Shown: positions 13,262 to 26,740, counted from the first letter of the whole stretch. The stretch: 63,844 nucleotides of DNA, filler included, from Chiloscyllium plagiosum (GCF_004010195.1; 3 parts of one record of this genome joined end to end with filler, not necessarily neighbours in it), one strand, 5' to 3'. The notes: a model not told the origin generated them from the letters alone. Program-made: numbers and translations.

Positions 13262-13558
13262 GTTTTGGTTCTGTTCGCCAAGCTGGGAATTTGTGTTGCA
13301 GATGTTTCGTCCCCTGTCTAGGTGACATCCTCAGTGCTGGGGGCCTCCTGTGAAGCGCTTCTGTGATGTTTCCTCCGGCATTTATAGTGATCACTACAAA
13401 TGCCGGAGGAAACATCACAAAAGCGCTTCACAGGAGGCTCCAAAGCACTGAGGATGTCACCTAGACAGGGGACGAAACGTCTGCAACACAAATTCCCAGC
13501 TTGGCGAACAGAACCACAACAACGAGCACCCGAGCTACAAATCTTCTCCCAAACTTTG
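13262..13558. mobile_element. Spacerless fold-back PLE mini-element (family B-related) with two hammerhead motifs
   Basis: Arms 13266-13390 and 13391-13516 are near-perfect inverted copies. 12-bp TSD AGTCACAATTTT at 13250-13261 and 13559-13570. Confidence 0.88.
13445..13484 (+). ncRNA. Minimal type-I hammerhead ribozyme motif
   Basis: GCA-CUGAGGA-U-GUCACCU(AGAC)AGGGGAC-GAAAC-GUC-UGC: intact core, stem I GCA/UGC, palindromic stem III ACGU. Activity untested. Confidence 0.7.
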
Positions 13559-13664
13559 AGTCACAATTTTCCAATGAGTGAAGTTTGTAACAAGATCAGG
13601 TATCAATAAGAAAGCTAATTTCTTCTCTAAAATGTCTATAATTGTCATATTCATCACCACATAC

Positions 13665-13883
13665 CGTTTTGTGGTCTTTTGTCATCTCTTTTGCAGCTGC
13701 CTCCAATGCTGCCCTGGCTTTCGCACTCACACCCTCAGGCTGTACAAGCACCACCTTGCGCCTCTTAGCTGGTAACTGTGACAGGACATCAGATTTTAGC
13801 CGCCTGATCATGAGGGACTCCAGAAGCAAGAGCCGCAGTTCCACCAAATTGGATGATCCTGAATAATCCCATCCCCAGGGCAA
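13665..13883 (-). CDS. SMARCAL1: SMARCAL1 coding exon ([14 protein letters not shown] region)
   Basis: [73 protein letters not shown]. Acceptor tttggcag, donor gtatgt. 219 nt. Confidence 0.97.
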
Positions 13884-14904
13884 CTGCCAAATGACAAGAG
13901 CAAGAACGTAAGCTGGGTGTGGGAGAACAAGGATAGGAAGAGAAAGCAATACAGGGGAAGAGGGGTTAAGTTGTAGGGAGAGATGGCCTGTGTGGAGGGC
14001 CATGGGAGAAAGGAGATTGGGGAAGAGTATGAGACAGGGAGTGTGCGGTGAAGCAGAGAAAATGGGGAATGGTGGTTGAGCATTTGGAGAGTTAAGGAAG
14101 ACTGGAGAGAAGGGAGAGAACAATTTGAATGGAGGACCATAAAACCATAAGATATTAGGAGCAGAATTAGGCCATTTGGCTCATTCAGTCTGCTCGGCCA
14201 TTCAATCATTGTCGTTCTGTTTCTCAAAACCATTCTCCTGTCTTCTCTTTCCCCACTTCAGGCTAGCCAGTGATGTCCATATCCCATGAATGAATTAAAA
14301 ATAAAACCTTTGATTGCCTTAGTATCAAGAATCTCTCTTGATCTATGTGCCCTTGGGTCCTAGTATCTTCTACTAACGGAGACAACTTCTCCACATCCAC
14401 TCAATCCAAACCTCTCAATATTCGGACAAAGGGTCACTCAACCCGAAACACTAACTCTGATTTCTCTCCACACATGCTGCCAGATCTGCTCAGTTTTTCC
14501 AGCAATTTCAGTTTTTCTCTCAGTATTCTGTAAGTTTCAATGAGAACCCCCTCATACCTCTAAACTCCTTCAAGTTCAAACCCAGAGCCCTCAACCGCTC
14601 TCATGTCAACCACTTCATTCCCAGGATCATTATTCTGAACCTCTTCTGGTTCTCCCTCTAAGACCAGCACGTCAGTCCTTAGAAATGAGGTTCAAATTGC
14701 TCACGATAATCCAAATGCAGTCTGACCAGAGCCTGATACAGCCTCAGCAGTACATACCTGCTCTTAATTCTAGACCTCGAGATGAATCTCACATTGTATT
14801 TGCATTCCCAAAAATGCACATTAACCTTAAGAGAATTTTTAACTAGGAATCCAAACTCCCTTTTGCTTCAGAGTTTCAATGCCTTTCCCTATTTAGAAAA
14901 TAGA

Positions 14905-16465
14905 GTATGAACATAGAACATTACAGTGCAGTACAGGCCCTTTGGCCCTCAATGTTGTGCCATCCTCTGGAACCAATCTGAAGCTCATCTATCCTACACT
15001 ATTTCATTTTCATCCATATGTTTATCCAATGACCACTTAAATGCCCTTAAAGTTGGCAAGTCTACTACTGTTGCAATCAATGTGTTCCATGCCCCTACTA
15101 CTCTCAGAGTAAAGAAACTACCTCTGACATTTGTCCTATATCTATCATCCCTCATTGTAAAGCTATGTCTCCTCGTGCTATCCATCACCATCCGAGAAAA
15201 AAGGCACTCACTGCTCACCCTATCTAAACCTCTGATTATTTTGCATGTCTCAAATTAAGTCACCTCTCAACCTTCTTCTCTCTAATGAAAACAGCCTCAA
15301 GTCCCTCAGCCTTTTTTTCCTCATAAGATATTCCCTGCATTCCAGGCAATATCCTCGTGAATCTCCTCTCAACCCTCTCCAAAGATCCCACATCCTTCCT
15401 ATAATGCAGTGACTAGAACTGTACACAATACTCCAAGTGTGGCTGCATCAGAGTTTTGTACAGCTGCAACATGACCTCATGGCTCTGAAACTCAATCCCA
15501 CTAACAATAAAAACTAACATGCCGTATGCCTTCTTAACAATCCTATAATCTGGATGGCACACTTCTGGGATCTATGTACATGGACACAGAGATCTCTCTG
15601 CTCATCCACACTACCAAGGATCTTACCATTAGCCCAGTACTCTGCATTCCTGTTGCACCTTTGAAAGTGAATCACCTCACACTTTTCTGCGTTATACTCC
15701 ATTTGCCACCTCTCAGTCCACCTCTGCAGCTTATCTGTCCCTATGTAGCCTGCAACATCTTCAGCACTATCCACAACATTAACAACCTTAGTATCATCTA
15801 CAAATTTACTAACCCATCCTTCTAAACCCTCATCCAGGTCTTTTATAAAAATGAAAAACAGCAGTGACCCCAAAACAGATCCTTGAGGTACACCACTAGC
15901 AACTGAATTCCATGACGAACATTTCCCATCAACCATCACCCTGTTTTCTTTCAGCTTGTCAATATCTGATCCAAACTGCTAAATCACCCTCAATCCCATG
16001 TCTCCATATTTTCTGCAATAGCCTACCGTGGGGAACCTTATCAAATGCCTTAGTGAAATCCATATACACCACATCAACCGCTTTACCCTCATCCACCTGT
16101 TTTATCACCAACTCAAAGAACTCAATAAAGTGTGTGAGGCACAACCTATCCTTCACAAAACAGTGCTGATTAGCCCTAATCAATGTATTATTCTCTAAAT
16201 GATTATAAATTCTATCTTTTATAACCTTTTCCAACAGGGTGTCTCTACTCCCCTTCTTGAACAAGAGGACAATATTTGCTAAACTCCAGTCTTCTTTCAC
16301 TATTCCTGTTGACAATGACGACATAAAGATCAATGCCAAAGGCTCTGCAATCTCCTCCCTGGCTTCCCAGAGAATCCTAGGATAAATCTCACCTGGCCCA
16401 GGGGATCTAGCTATTTTCACACTTCAGAATTGCTAACATCTCCACCTTGTGAACCTCAATCCCAT
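14905..16465 (-). mobile_element. CR1 LINE ORF2 RT to 3' tail
   Basis: [54 protein letters not shown]; frameshifted. Confidence 0.9.
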
Positions 16466-16469
16466 CTAT

Positions 16470-18535
16470 GCCTCTGTGCTACCTATCAAAGTGCATAACA
16501 TCACACCTTCTCACATGAGTTCATAAGATATAGGAGCAGAAATTAGGCCACTTGGTCCATCAATCTGCTCTGCCATTCAATCATGACTGATATGCTCCTC
16601 ACCCCCATTTCCTGCCTCTCCCCATAATTCTTCAATCCATTATCAATTGAAAATCTGTCTAACTCCTCCCTAAATTTACTCACTGTCCCAGTAGCCACTG
16701 TACCTTGGGGGAGCAAATTCCAAGATTCACAACCCTTTTGGAGAAACAGTTTCTCATTAACTCTGTTTTAAAATTTGCTACCCCTTATCCTAAGACTTTG
16801 ATCTCTCGTATTAGAGGCCCCACAAGATGAAGCATTCGCACCACATTTACTTTATTCATATCTTTCATCATCTCGTATACCTCAATTTGATCTCCCCTCA
16901 TTCTTCTGAATTCCAGAGAGTATAGGTTTAAACTGTTCACTCACTCTTCATATCAAAAAATCCTCATCTCTGGCTTCATTCTAGTGAACCTCCTGTGAAT
17001 TGGCTCCAATGCCACTACATCCTTCCTCAAATAAGGGGACCTAAACTGTGCACAATACTCCACGTGCGGTCTCACCAATGCTTTGTATCGTCACAACAAT
17101 ACTTCCTTACCTTTATATTCTATTTATTTAGGTATAAAAGCCAACATTCCATTTGCTTTCTTTATTATCTGCTGTACCTGCATGCTAGCTTTGTGTGACT
17201 CATGAATGGGGGACACCCTGAAATCTCTCCCCATTTAGATAATAGGTTGCCTTCCCATTTTTCCAACCAAAATACATGACTTCACACTTATCCACGTTAA
17301 ACTCCATCTGCCACATTTTAGCCCACCCTCCTAACCTATCTATAGCCATTTATTTCCTCATTGCAATTTACAATCTCGCCTATTTTAGTGTCGCCCACAA
17401 ATTTGGCTTTAGAGCCTTCTATCCCTGTATCTAAATCGTTAATGTAGATTGTAAATAGCTGTGGTCAAAGAACTGAACCCCGTGGCACCATACTGGTTAC
17501 ATTTTTCCATCTAGAGAAGAAAAACATTTATTCTGACTCTCTTTCTTCTGTCCATCAGTTAGTCACCTATCCTAACCAATAAAATTACCTCATATCCTAT
17601 ATATGATCAAACCTTGTGAATTAACCTTTCTGCAGCACCTTATCAAACGCCTTCTGGAATTCAGATATATTACATCTACAGGATCCCTATTATCCACTTT
17701 GCTTGTTACATCTTTGAAGAACTCTAGCAAATTAGTCAAACGATAAAACCATGCTGACTCTGATGCTGACCGACATTGTATTCCATCTGCCACTTCTCTG
17801 CCCAATCCACTAGCCTGTCCAAATCCTGCAGCCTCCTTGCCTCCTCAACACTACCTGTCCTTCCACTTATCTTTGTACCATCTGCAAACTTAGCAACAGT
17901 GCCTTCAGTTCCATCGTCCAGATTGTTAACATGTAACATGAACAGTTGCAATCCCAAAACATACACGTGCTGAACTTCACCAGTCAATGGTTTCCATCCT
18001 TCTGCCAGTCAGCCAATCCTCTATTCTTGCCCCTATCACCATGGGCTTTTGTCTTATTTTACAGCTTCCTGTGCATCACCTTATTAAAGGTGTTGTGAAA
18101 ATCTAAATAGATCACTGGCTCTCCTTTGTCCAACTTCCTCATTAGCTACTCAAAAGACTTCTAACAGATTTGTCAGGGACAATTTCCCCTTGCTGAAGCC
18201 ATGCTGACATGGTCCTACTTTCCCATACACTTCCAAGTACTTGCAATCTCATCGATAATTGACTACATTTTACCAACAACTAAGGTCAGGTTAACTGGCT
18301 TTAATTTCCCATCTCCTGCCTATTAGCCATTTTCCAGTCCTGTGGGTCTCTCCCTAACTCCATTGATTCTTAAAGATCCCTACCACTGCCTCTACATCGC
18401 CTCAGTTATCTCCCTCAGAACTCTAGTGTAGCCCATCTAAATCATCTAAATCTAGGTGATTTATCCACCTTCAAACCTTTCAGCTTTCCTAACATTTCCT
18501 TCTTAGTGATGGCTGTTAAACTCACCTCCACCTCT
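16470..18535 (-). mobile_element. Nested older CR1 fragments
   Basis: VAKFADGTKISG, TNLLEFFKDVTSKVD and LKVDKSP peptides on the minus strand. Confidence 0.75.
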
Positions 18536-18594
18536 GACTGATTCTGGGCTGGGAATATGAATACATGAATGAGTAAATGTTCAAGAATACTCAC

Positions 18595-18735
18595 CCGTTT
18601 GGCAGCACAGTAACGGATTCCAAAATCATGGAAGTTTGGAAACAGTTTGGGTTGGAGCACAGCTATCTGACTGTACAGCTCAGCTGGTCTGGACATGGCT
18701 GGTGTCCCAGAGAGGAGGAGGAGTCTTTTTGCTGC
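18595..18735 (-). CDS. SMARCAL1: SMARCAL1 coding exon with motif III (SGTP)
   Basis: [47 protein letters not shown]. Acceptor tttttcag, donor gtgagt. 141 nt. Confidence 0.97.
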
Positions 18736-18949
18736 CTGAAAAAAAGATCAGCAACAGGAGTTGAGCTCCATACACTGGTCACAGCACAGCCTCTATCTGG
18801 TCCGCTCTCCCATAATACAGTAATGACAAGAATCAAAGACATTCTGTTCCAGTGTTAAGAGAGAAAATGTGATCTGGTTGGTATTTCATTCAGATACAGA
18901 GAGAAAGGCTGAGGTTCAGAAATCAGGCACCTCCCAACACAGGACACAC

Positions 18950-19015
18950 CTGGAGGAGGGGGTGAGCAGCTTTACATCGGGCTGTCTTCATATTCTTCAG
19001 GAAATGAGATTCATC
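18950..19015 (-). CDS. SMARCAL1: SMARCAL1 coding exon with Walker B (DESH)
   Basis: Read manually (not in the ORF track): [22 protein letters not shown]. Acceptor ctttttag, donor gtgtgt. 66 nt. Confidence 0.96.
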
Positions 19016-19434
19016 CTAAAAAGTGTGAGAGATACAGATTTAGAAATCCAAGTAGTGATCTGCTGTGCAAGGCACAGTGAAAGACAGTTACAACAGTCAG
19101 GCAATGGAATCCTGTTCAAAACTCTCAGCTGGCATCATCCAAACTTCAATTCAAAAAAATCATTTTCTATGAAGTTTAGGTTTTACCAAGAGACCAGCTC
19201 ACTAAACCTTGCAAAATCTTCCGAAGAGGCTGTCCAGTCATGATCCAAACTTTGCCAGAGCTTACCCAGATAACAGCAGCAAACTTCCTTGATGAGCATC
19301 AACACATCAGCTGATAACAGGATTAGTATCCAACAATCAGCAACAAGGGGTAAATATAGGACAACAGATATTAAAATATCTCTATGAAGTACATATGTAG
19401 ATGTGTTAGATCAATCAACCTGCATTACATTAGT

Positions 19435-19701
19435 GCTGAAAAATGTGTTGCTGGAAAAGAGCAGCAGGTCAGGCAGCATCAAAGGAGCAGAAGAATCGAC
19501 GTTTCGGGCATAAGCCCTTCTTCAGGAATGAGGAGGGTGTGCCAAGCAGGCTAAGATAAAAGATAGGGAGGAGGGACTTGGGAGAGGGGCGTTGGGAGGG
19601 GCGTCGATTCTCCTGCTCCTTTGATGCTGCCTGACCTGCTGCGCTTTTCCAGCAACACATTTTTCAGCTCTGATCTCCAGCATCTGCAGTCCTCACTTTC
19701 T
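19435..19701. mobile_element. Fold-back PLE family A mini-element with purine-rich spacer
   Basis: Inverted arms. Imperfect 16-bp TSD CCTGCATTA(C/T)AT(T/C)AGT at 19419-19434 and 19702-19717. Confidence 0.8.
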
Positions 19702-21074
19702 CCTGCATTATATCAGTCTCTGATTTAATGATATACATCACCAGGAATAAATGAACTGGTTATTCATTTTACATGCAGAGAGTGGGAGTTGTGTGTGCAT
19801 ATTAGTTGCTGCGATTTGCTTAACCTGTAACTAGTGCAGTAACAAAGAGGTTAGTAGTGGGACCACAATTATTTACCAGATATATTAATGACTTGGATGA
19901 GGAAAATGAATGTAATATAGCCAAGCTTGATACAAAAATAAATGAAAAAGCAAGTCTGAGGATAACGCAGAGCTGCAGAAGGATAAAGACACGTTAAGGG
20001 AAGGGGTAAAAACTTGCAGATGGAAAATTATGTGGGAAATGTGAGGTCATGTACTTTGGCAGATGTCAGAGGACTGGAGCTAACATGGATACACTATTCA
20101 AGAAGGGTAATAAAATTAAACCAGGGAATTACAGACCAGCAAGTCATCAGTGGATGGGAAAGACCATAAGTAGTAGAAACAGAAAGAGGCTATTCAGCCC
20201 CTCAAATCTCTCTGCCATTCAGCAGCTTCCTAGCTGATATGACATTCCTCATGTCCACTTACTTGCCCTTTCCTGGTAACCCTCAACTTCCCAACTGATC
20301 AAGAATCAATCTATCTTAAATACAGACAAGAGCTCTGCTTGCACAGCTTTCTGTGGCAATGAAGTCCAAGGACTCTCAACCCAGAGCAGAAATTTCTCAT
20401 CTTAGTCTCAAATTGATACCCATGAAACCATTAGAGATAGGAGCAGAATAAGGCCAGTGAATCTGCTCCTCCATTCGATCTTAGCTGATATGTTTCTCAA
20501 CCTCATTCTCCTGCCTTCTCCTTGTAGCCCTTGATCCCTTTACCAATCAAGAACCTATCTATCTCTGTCTTAAATACATTCAATGACTTGGTCTCCACAG
20601 CCCTCTGTGGCAATTCTTTCCACAGGTCAACCACACTGCAGCTGAAGAAATTCCTTTTCTCTTCTGGGACTATACCCTCAGGTCCTACAATCTCCCATGA
20701 GCGAACACAACCTCTCAGCATTAAGCCCCTTAATAATCCTATATATTTCAACGAGATCACCTTTCATTCTTCTAAACGCCAGAGAGTACAGTCCCAACCT
20801 GCTCATAGAACAATCCATTTATGATGGACTAATGGACTCTCTCAGTTATGTCTAACTTTTTTTTTTCTTATTTGTAAACTTTTCAAAATGGTGTTGGAAC
20901 ATGACGATAGTGGAAAAGCTTTTCACAGTATTTCCCGGTTTTCCTCACTGTAAAATATACGTGACAATAAAATCATTCATTCAATATCGGGGACCATCCT
21001 AGTGAACCTTCTCTGAACTGCCTCCAATGAAATGATATATTTCCTTAAATAAGGCTCACAGTACTCCATTTTGA

Positions 21075-22220
21075 GTTGATGTGGTAAAGTGGTTAATGTG
21101 GTGTATATGGATTTCAGTAAGGTAAGGTTCCACACGGTAGTCTATTGCACAAAGTTTTGGGATTGAAGGTAATTCAGTGGTTTGGATCAGAAATTGGCTA
21201 GCTGAAAGAACACAGAGTGGTGGTGGTTAATGGGAAATGTTCATCCTGGAGCTCAGTTACCAGTGGTTTACCGCAAGGATCTGTTTTGGGGCCACTGCTG
21301 TTTGTCATTTTTATAAATGATCTGAATGTGAGTGTAGAAGGATGGGTTAGTAAATTTGCAGATGACATGAAGGTAGGCAGAGTTATGGATAGTGCCAAAG
21401 GATGTTGTGGGTTACTGAGGGACATAGATAAGTTGCAGAGAAGTGGCAGATGGAGTTTAATGCGGAAAAGTGTGAGGTAGTTCACTTTGGAAGTAGTTAC
21501 AGGAATGCCGCGTACTGGGCTAATAGCAAGATTCTTGGCAGTGTAGATGAACAAAGATCTCTGTATCCAGGTGCATAAATCCCTGAAAGTTGCCACCCAG
21601 GTTGATTGGATTGTTAAAAAGGCATAGGGGGTGTTGCTGTTTAGTGATATGAGGTTTGGGTTTCGGAGCCAAGAGGTCATGCTTCAGCTGTACAATACAC
21701 TGGTAAGACTGCACCTGAAATACTGCGTACAGTTCTGGTCACATTATAGGTAGGATGTGGAAGCTTTGGAAAGGATTCAGAGGAGATTTAGTAGGATGTT
21801 GCCTGGTATGGAGGGAAGGTCTTACGAGGAAAGACTGAGGGAACTGAGGCTGCTTTCGTTGGAGAGAAGAAGTTTGAGGGGTGACTTAATCAAGACAAAG
21901 CTAGAGGGTTAGGTAGCATGGACAGTGAGAGCCGTTTTCCTCAGATGGTGAAGGCTAAGACGAGGGGACATAGCTTTAAATTGAGGGATGTTAGATTTAG
22001 GACAGACATTAGGGTTAGGTTCTTTACTCAGAGAGTAGTAGGGGCGTGTAACGGCCTGCCTGCAACAGTAATAGACTTGCCGATGTTAGGGGCATTTAGA
22101 TGGGCATTGGATATACATATAGATAATAATTGAACAGTGTAGGTTAGATGGGCATCAGATTAATTTTACAGGTCAGTACAACATCGAGGATCCAAGGGCT
22201 TGTATTGCACTGTAACATGC
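21075..22220 (+). mobile_element. CR1 LINE RT to 3' end
   Basis: [42 protein letters not shown]. Confidence 0.88.
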
Positions 22221-22801
22221 TATAAAAAGCCTCATTAGCACCTTGGGCAGTCACAGCAAGACTTCCCTACTCTTATACGCCAGTCTTCTCAAAGCTCGCT
22301 AACTCAAACCCCTTGAAATAAGGGCCATCATTACATCGGCCTTCCTGATTACTTGCTGCACCTACGTGCTAGTTTTCTGTGTTTCATGTACAAGCACCTC
22401 CAGCTTTCTGCAGTTTTCTTGCATTTAAAGTCTGTTGTTTTCCTAAACTTCCTCTCTGTACTAAAGGTATTTTGGTTTCTGCAATCATTCTACTTGAAGT
22501 TAACTATTGTACACTGATTATATATGGAGGATGAACTAGTATCTCCTTCATTCTGGCTCGGAATAAAGAATGACGTATCTACTTTTCTTTACGCAGAGTG
22601 GTAGGGGCGTGGAATGCCCTACCTGCTAAGATAGTCAACTCAGCCACATTTGGGAGAGTTAAACAATCCTTAGATAAGCACATGGATGATTTTGGGATAG
22701 AGTAGGGGGACGAGCAGAGAATAGTTCACAGGTCTGTGCAACATTGAGGGCCGAAGGCCCTGTCCTGCTCTGTATTGCTCTATGTTATAGGTTCCACTTA
22801 C

Positions 22802-22963
22802 TACAATGATGACCTGGAAGTGTTTCTCCATCAACTGATTCCTGAGTTTAGCGAGCAGGTCATAGCTGATTATGCTGACATGAGAGGATGATAATCGATC
22901 TTTTCCTGTCAGTATAACGTCAATAGCCTTAGTATCCAACGATGGCAACCATTGGCTAAAAGC
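22802..22963 (-). CDS. SMARCAL1: SMARCAL1 coding exon (ATPase lobe 1)
   Basis: AFSQWLPSLDTKAIDVILTGKDRLSSSHVSIISYDLLAKLRNQLMEKHFQVIIV. Acceptor ctttttcag, donor gtaagt. 162 nt, phase 0/0. Confidence 0.96.
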
Positions 22964-23044
22964 CTGAAAAAGAAAAATGTTCATTTGAATTACCCAATTC
23001 AAAGACTGCATCTCTGAAACAGCACGCATGATTGCCCAGTCTTT

Positions 23045-23335
23045 ACACACATACTCCCAAGGAAGAACCCTTGTATATACTAATAAACTGCTCAAGATCT
23101 CTTGTACACAATGTCACAATCCCCAGGTAAACGTTAGTACATACTGATACACTCCCTGGGTAACCCCCAATTCACACTGACAGACTCCCGAGGTAGAGCC
23201 TATGTATACACTGCCCGTATATGTTGACAAACTCCCTGGGTAATCATCTGCACATACACAGATTCTCTGGGTAACTCTCTGTACATACTGAAACACTCCC
23301 TAGGTAACCCCTGACACATGCCAGGGACTATTAAT
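23045..23335. repeat. Degenerate minisatellite, unit about 31-33 bp (TACATACTGACACACTCCCTGGGTAACCCC-like)
   Basis: Recurrent ACTCCCTGGGTAA / TACATACTGA motifs at regular spacing. Confidence 0.7.
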
Positions 23336-23369
23336 TAAACAATTCACAGGAAGAGGAGGGTCCATAATT

Positions 23370-24660
23370 ACTTATCATCGATAGTCACAGGTGAAGTGCC
23401 GGAAGACTGGAGGTGGCTAACGTGGTGCCACTGTTTAAGAAGGGTGGTAAGGACAAGCCAGGAAACTATAGACCAGTGAGCCCGACGTCGGTGGTGGGCA
23501 AGTTGTTGGAGGGAATCCTGAGGGACAGGATGTACATGTATTTGGAAAGGCAAGGACTGATTAGGGATAATCAACATGGCTTTGTGTGTTGGAAATCATG
23601 TCTCATAAACTTGATTAAGTTTTTTGAAGTAACAAATAGGATTGATGAGGGCAGAGCAGTAGATGTGATCGATCTGGACTTCAGTAAGGCGTTCGACAAG
23701 GTTCCCCATGGGAGACTGATTAGCAAGGTTAGATCTCATGGAATACAGGGAAAACTAGCCATTTGGATACAAAACTGGGTCAAATATAGAAGACAGAGGG
23801 TGGTGGTGGAGGGTAGTTTTTCAGACTGGAGGCCTGTGACCGGTGGAGTGACACAAGGATTGGTGCTGGGCCCTCTACTTTTTGTCACTGACAAAAATGA
23901 TTTGGATGCGAGCATAAGAGATACAGTTGATAAGTTTGCAGATGACACCAAAATTGGAAGTGTAGTGGACAGCGAAGAGGGTTACCTCAGGATCTGGACC
24001 ANNNNNNNNNNNNNAAGAAGGTGTTTAGTATGCTTTCCTTTATTGGTCAGAGTACCGAGTACAAGAGTTGGGAGGTCATGTTGCGGCTGTACAGGACATT
24101 GGTTAGGCCACTTTTGGAATATTGTGTGCAATTCTGGTCTCCTTCCTATCGGAAAAATGTTGTGAAACTTAAAAGGGTTCAAAAAAGATTGACAATGATG
24201 TGACCAGGATAGGAGGATTTGAGCTATAGGGAGAGGCTGAACAGGCTGGGGCTGATTTCCCTGGAGCGTCAGAGGCTGAGGGGGTGACCTGATAGAGGTT
24301 TACAAAATTATGAGGGGCATGGATACGATAAATAGACAAAGTCTTTTCCCTGGGGTCAGAGAATCCAAAACTAGAGGGCATAGGTTTAGGGCGAGAGGGG
24401 AAAGATATAAAAAAGACCTACGGGGCAACCTTTTCACACAGTGTGGCACGTGAATGGAATGAGCTGCCAGAGGAAGTGGTGGAGGCTGGTACAATTGCAA
24501 CATTTACCAGGCATTTGGATGGGTATATGAATAGGAAGGGTTTGAAGGGATACGGGCCGGGTACTGGCAGGTGGGAGTAGATTGGGTTGGGATATCTGGT
24601 CGGCATGGACGGATTGGACCGAAGGGTCTATTTCCGTGCTGTACATCTCTGTGACTCTAG
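23370..24660 (+). mobile_element. CR1/HER1-type LINE RT to 3' tail, spanning a 13-N gap
   Basis: ANVVPLFKKGGKDKPGNYRPVS..DFSKAFDKVPH..FADDTKIG. Confidence 0.92.
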
Positions 24661-24987
24661 GCAGTGGCATTTACCTGACAATGTGGAAAACTGACCAGGT
24701 GTATACAAATAGCAAGACAAATTCAACCTGGGCAATTAATGCCCCATCAGTCTGTTCTTAAACATCAGTAAAGTGATGGAAAGTGTCATCAACAGTGCCA
24801 CCAGGCATTGGCTGCTCATCAATAATCTGCTCACTTGCCTGGATGAGTCCGCTCCAACAACACACACTCTTAAAGTCCACTTGTAAACTACAATTGTTAT
24901 ATCTCTTTCTGTTTCTTATATCTTACAAGGTGAATGTGCTGAAGCGGAGAAGCTGCCTCTCTCATTGTGCAACAGTACAACATATAC

Positions 24988-25138
24988 CTGTGCCCAGGTA
25001 AATCGGACAGACGATGGCGTAATGACGAGCACCGGCCATTCTTTCCGATAAACTGTGGCAATGCAAATGGCTTGAAGAGTCTTCCCAAGTCCCATGTCAT
25101 CAGCCAACAGCAAACGGCCTCCCCGAGATACGGCAAAA
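24988..25138 (-). CDS. SMARCAL1: SMARCAL1 coding exon with helicase motif I (Walker A) and Ia
   Basis: [50 protein letters not shown]. Acceptor ttgacag, donor gtatat. 151 nt, completes the split AA|T codon from the previous exon. Confidence 0.97.
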
Positions 25139-26556
25139 CTGTCAAGACACAAACCTTCAATATACCATCATCAGGAAACAAAGTAGGGTTTATCTCAAAG
25201 CACAGATGTGAAAGGAGATAGCAAGGAGTGCAGATGCTGGAAAGTCAGAGCTGATAAAGTGTGGCGATGGAGAAAGCACTGCAGGTCAGGCAGCATCTGA
25301 GGAGAGTCAAGGTTTTGGGCAGGAACCTTCATCAGGCAGCTCGGGTTCTGCCTGACCTGCTGTGCTTTCTCCAGCACCACACTTTATTGACCCAGGTGAG
25401 AGAGAGGCCATTCAGCCCATGCATCTAGGAAAAACCCATTGTTTTCTCCAAGACAGTTTTAACTTTGTCAATGCTGGGACTGAAGCATTCCACATAAGGG
25501 ATAAAGATAGTGTACTGCTAGGGCTGGGATGAAATAGCAGAATCAGTGCAAAAAGATTCAAGAACAACTGTTGAAAACAGAAACACAAATATTTGAAAAG
25601 GAGTGTTTGGATAAAAATGATATGGGAATGGAGGGAGGACAATCAAATGAAGGAAACAGTGGCTCAGAGATCCTGCGTAAGCCTGATGGACTAAATGGTC
25701 TCATTTTATAGTTGATTGCAACAAGTTTTGATCATTTATGTGGAAGCTTGATTTAACTAACACAAATATAACACTGAATTACAGAAACTTAAGAATTGCC
25801 GAAATCTGGGGACCACAATTTCAAGATTGTCAGTAAGAGAGTTTGGAGTGGGGTGAGGAGGAGAAACTTCTTCACTCAGAGGATTTGGAATGCACTGCCT
25901 GGGAGCGTGGTAGAGGCAAACTCCACAGGAAGTTTCATAAGAGAACTGGATATATATTTGAACATGATGAATATAGAAGGCTAGGGAAATAGGGCTGGAG
26001 AATGGGATGGGTAGATCTTTCAGGAGTCAGTACAAGAACGGTGGATTGAATGGTCTCCTCCTGTCTTGTTAAATTCTATGATTCTATGATCTTTCACTGA
26101 TCAAGACAAAATTGCAAGGATACCAAATTTCTAATGGAACAATAACTTATATTTCATGAGAAAAGTGCATTAATTGGTTAGAAAGTGAACTCCAATCCAT
26201 ATCGACATTTCTGTGGAGAACGCTACAGGGAATGGTCCACAAAACCTTTGTTTAGTTGAAAAAGGCACAAAGCATGGCCTGGTGCTGGCTGGTGGGATTA
26301 GATTGGGTTGGGATATCTGGTCGGCATGGATGGGTTGGACCGAAGGGTCTGTTTCCATGCTGTACATCTCTATGACTCTATGTTCATTCTATCTGCAAAG
26401 GACAAGAGTGGAATTAAAAAATGGGTTTCACTTTGGTAAGCATTCAGCAAGCTGCCCTTAGTCCAGAACATGCACTGGTCACAGTTAATCAGCTACCTTT
26501 TCATTAAGGCTTTCCTCCAAAATTTCAAACACAGACACCAACTGACTGAAACTTAC

Positions 26557-26740
26557 TTCACTCCATCCCTTTGGAATGGCATTAGGCTATGGACCAGTTT
26601 GGGATCGACCGCTGACAAATCAGCTTCTGGGACTTCCACAGGCTCCAGAGAGGTCTTTTTGAACTGGGGCAGGAAGATCTCCAGCAACCCTCGTGGGAAT
26701 GGCTCTATTTGTACATCAGAGATCTTTGATAGTGCATCAA
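26557..26740 (-). CDS. SMARCAL1: SMARCAL1 coding exon (end of HARP2 to Q-motif LMPFQRDGV; equivalent to human exon 7)
   Basis: [60 protein letters not shown]. Acceptor tatttcag, donor gtaagt. 184 nt, phase 1/2. Confidence 0.95.

Noticed and set aside
13596..14123. 175-aa ORF as a standalone gene
   Set aside because: Only 13665-13883 is exonic; the rest is open intronic sequence.
18869..19243. 124-aa plus-strand ORF overlapping the DESH exon
   Set aside because: Antisense to a real exon with no recognisable motif; likely a chance open frame.
23045..23335. Spaced repeats as a CRISPR-like array
   Set aside because: Eukaryotic context, degenerate tandem units without unique spacers, no cas genes.
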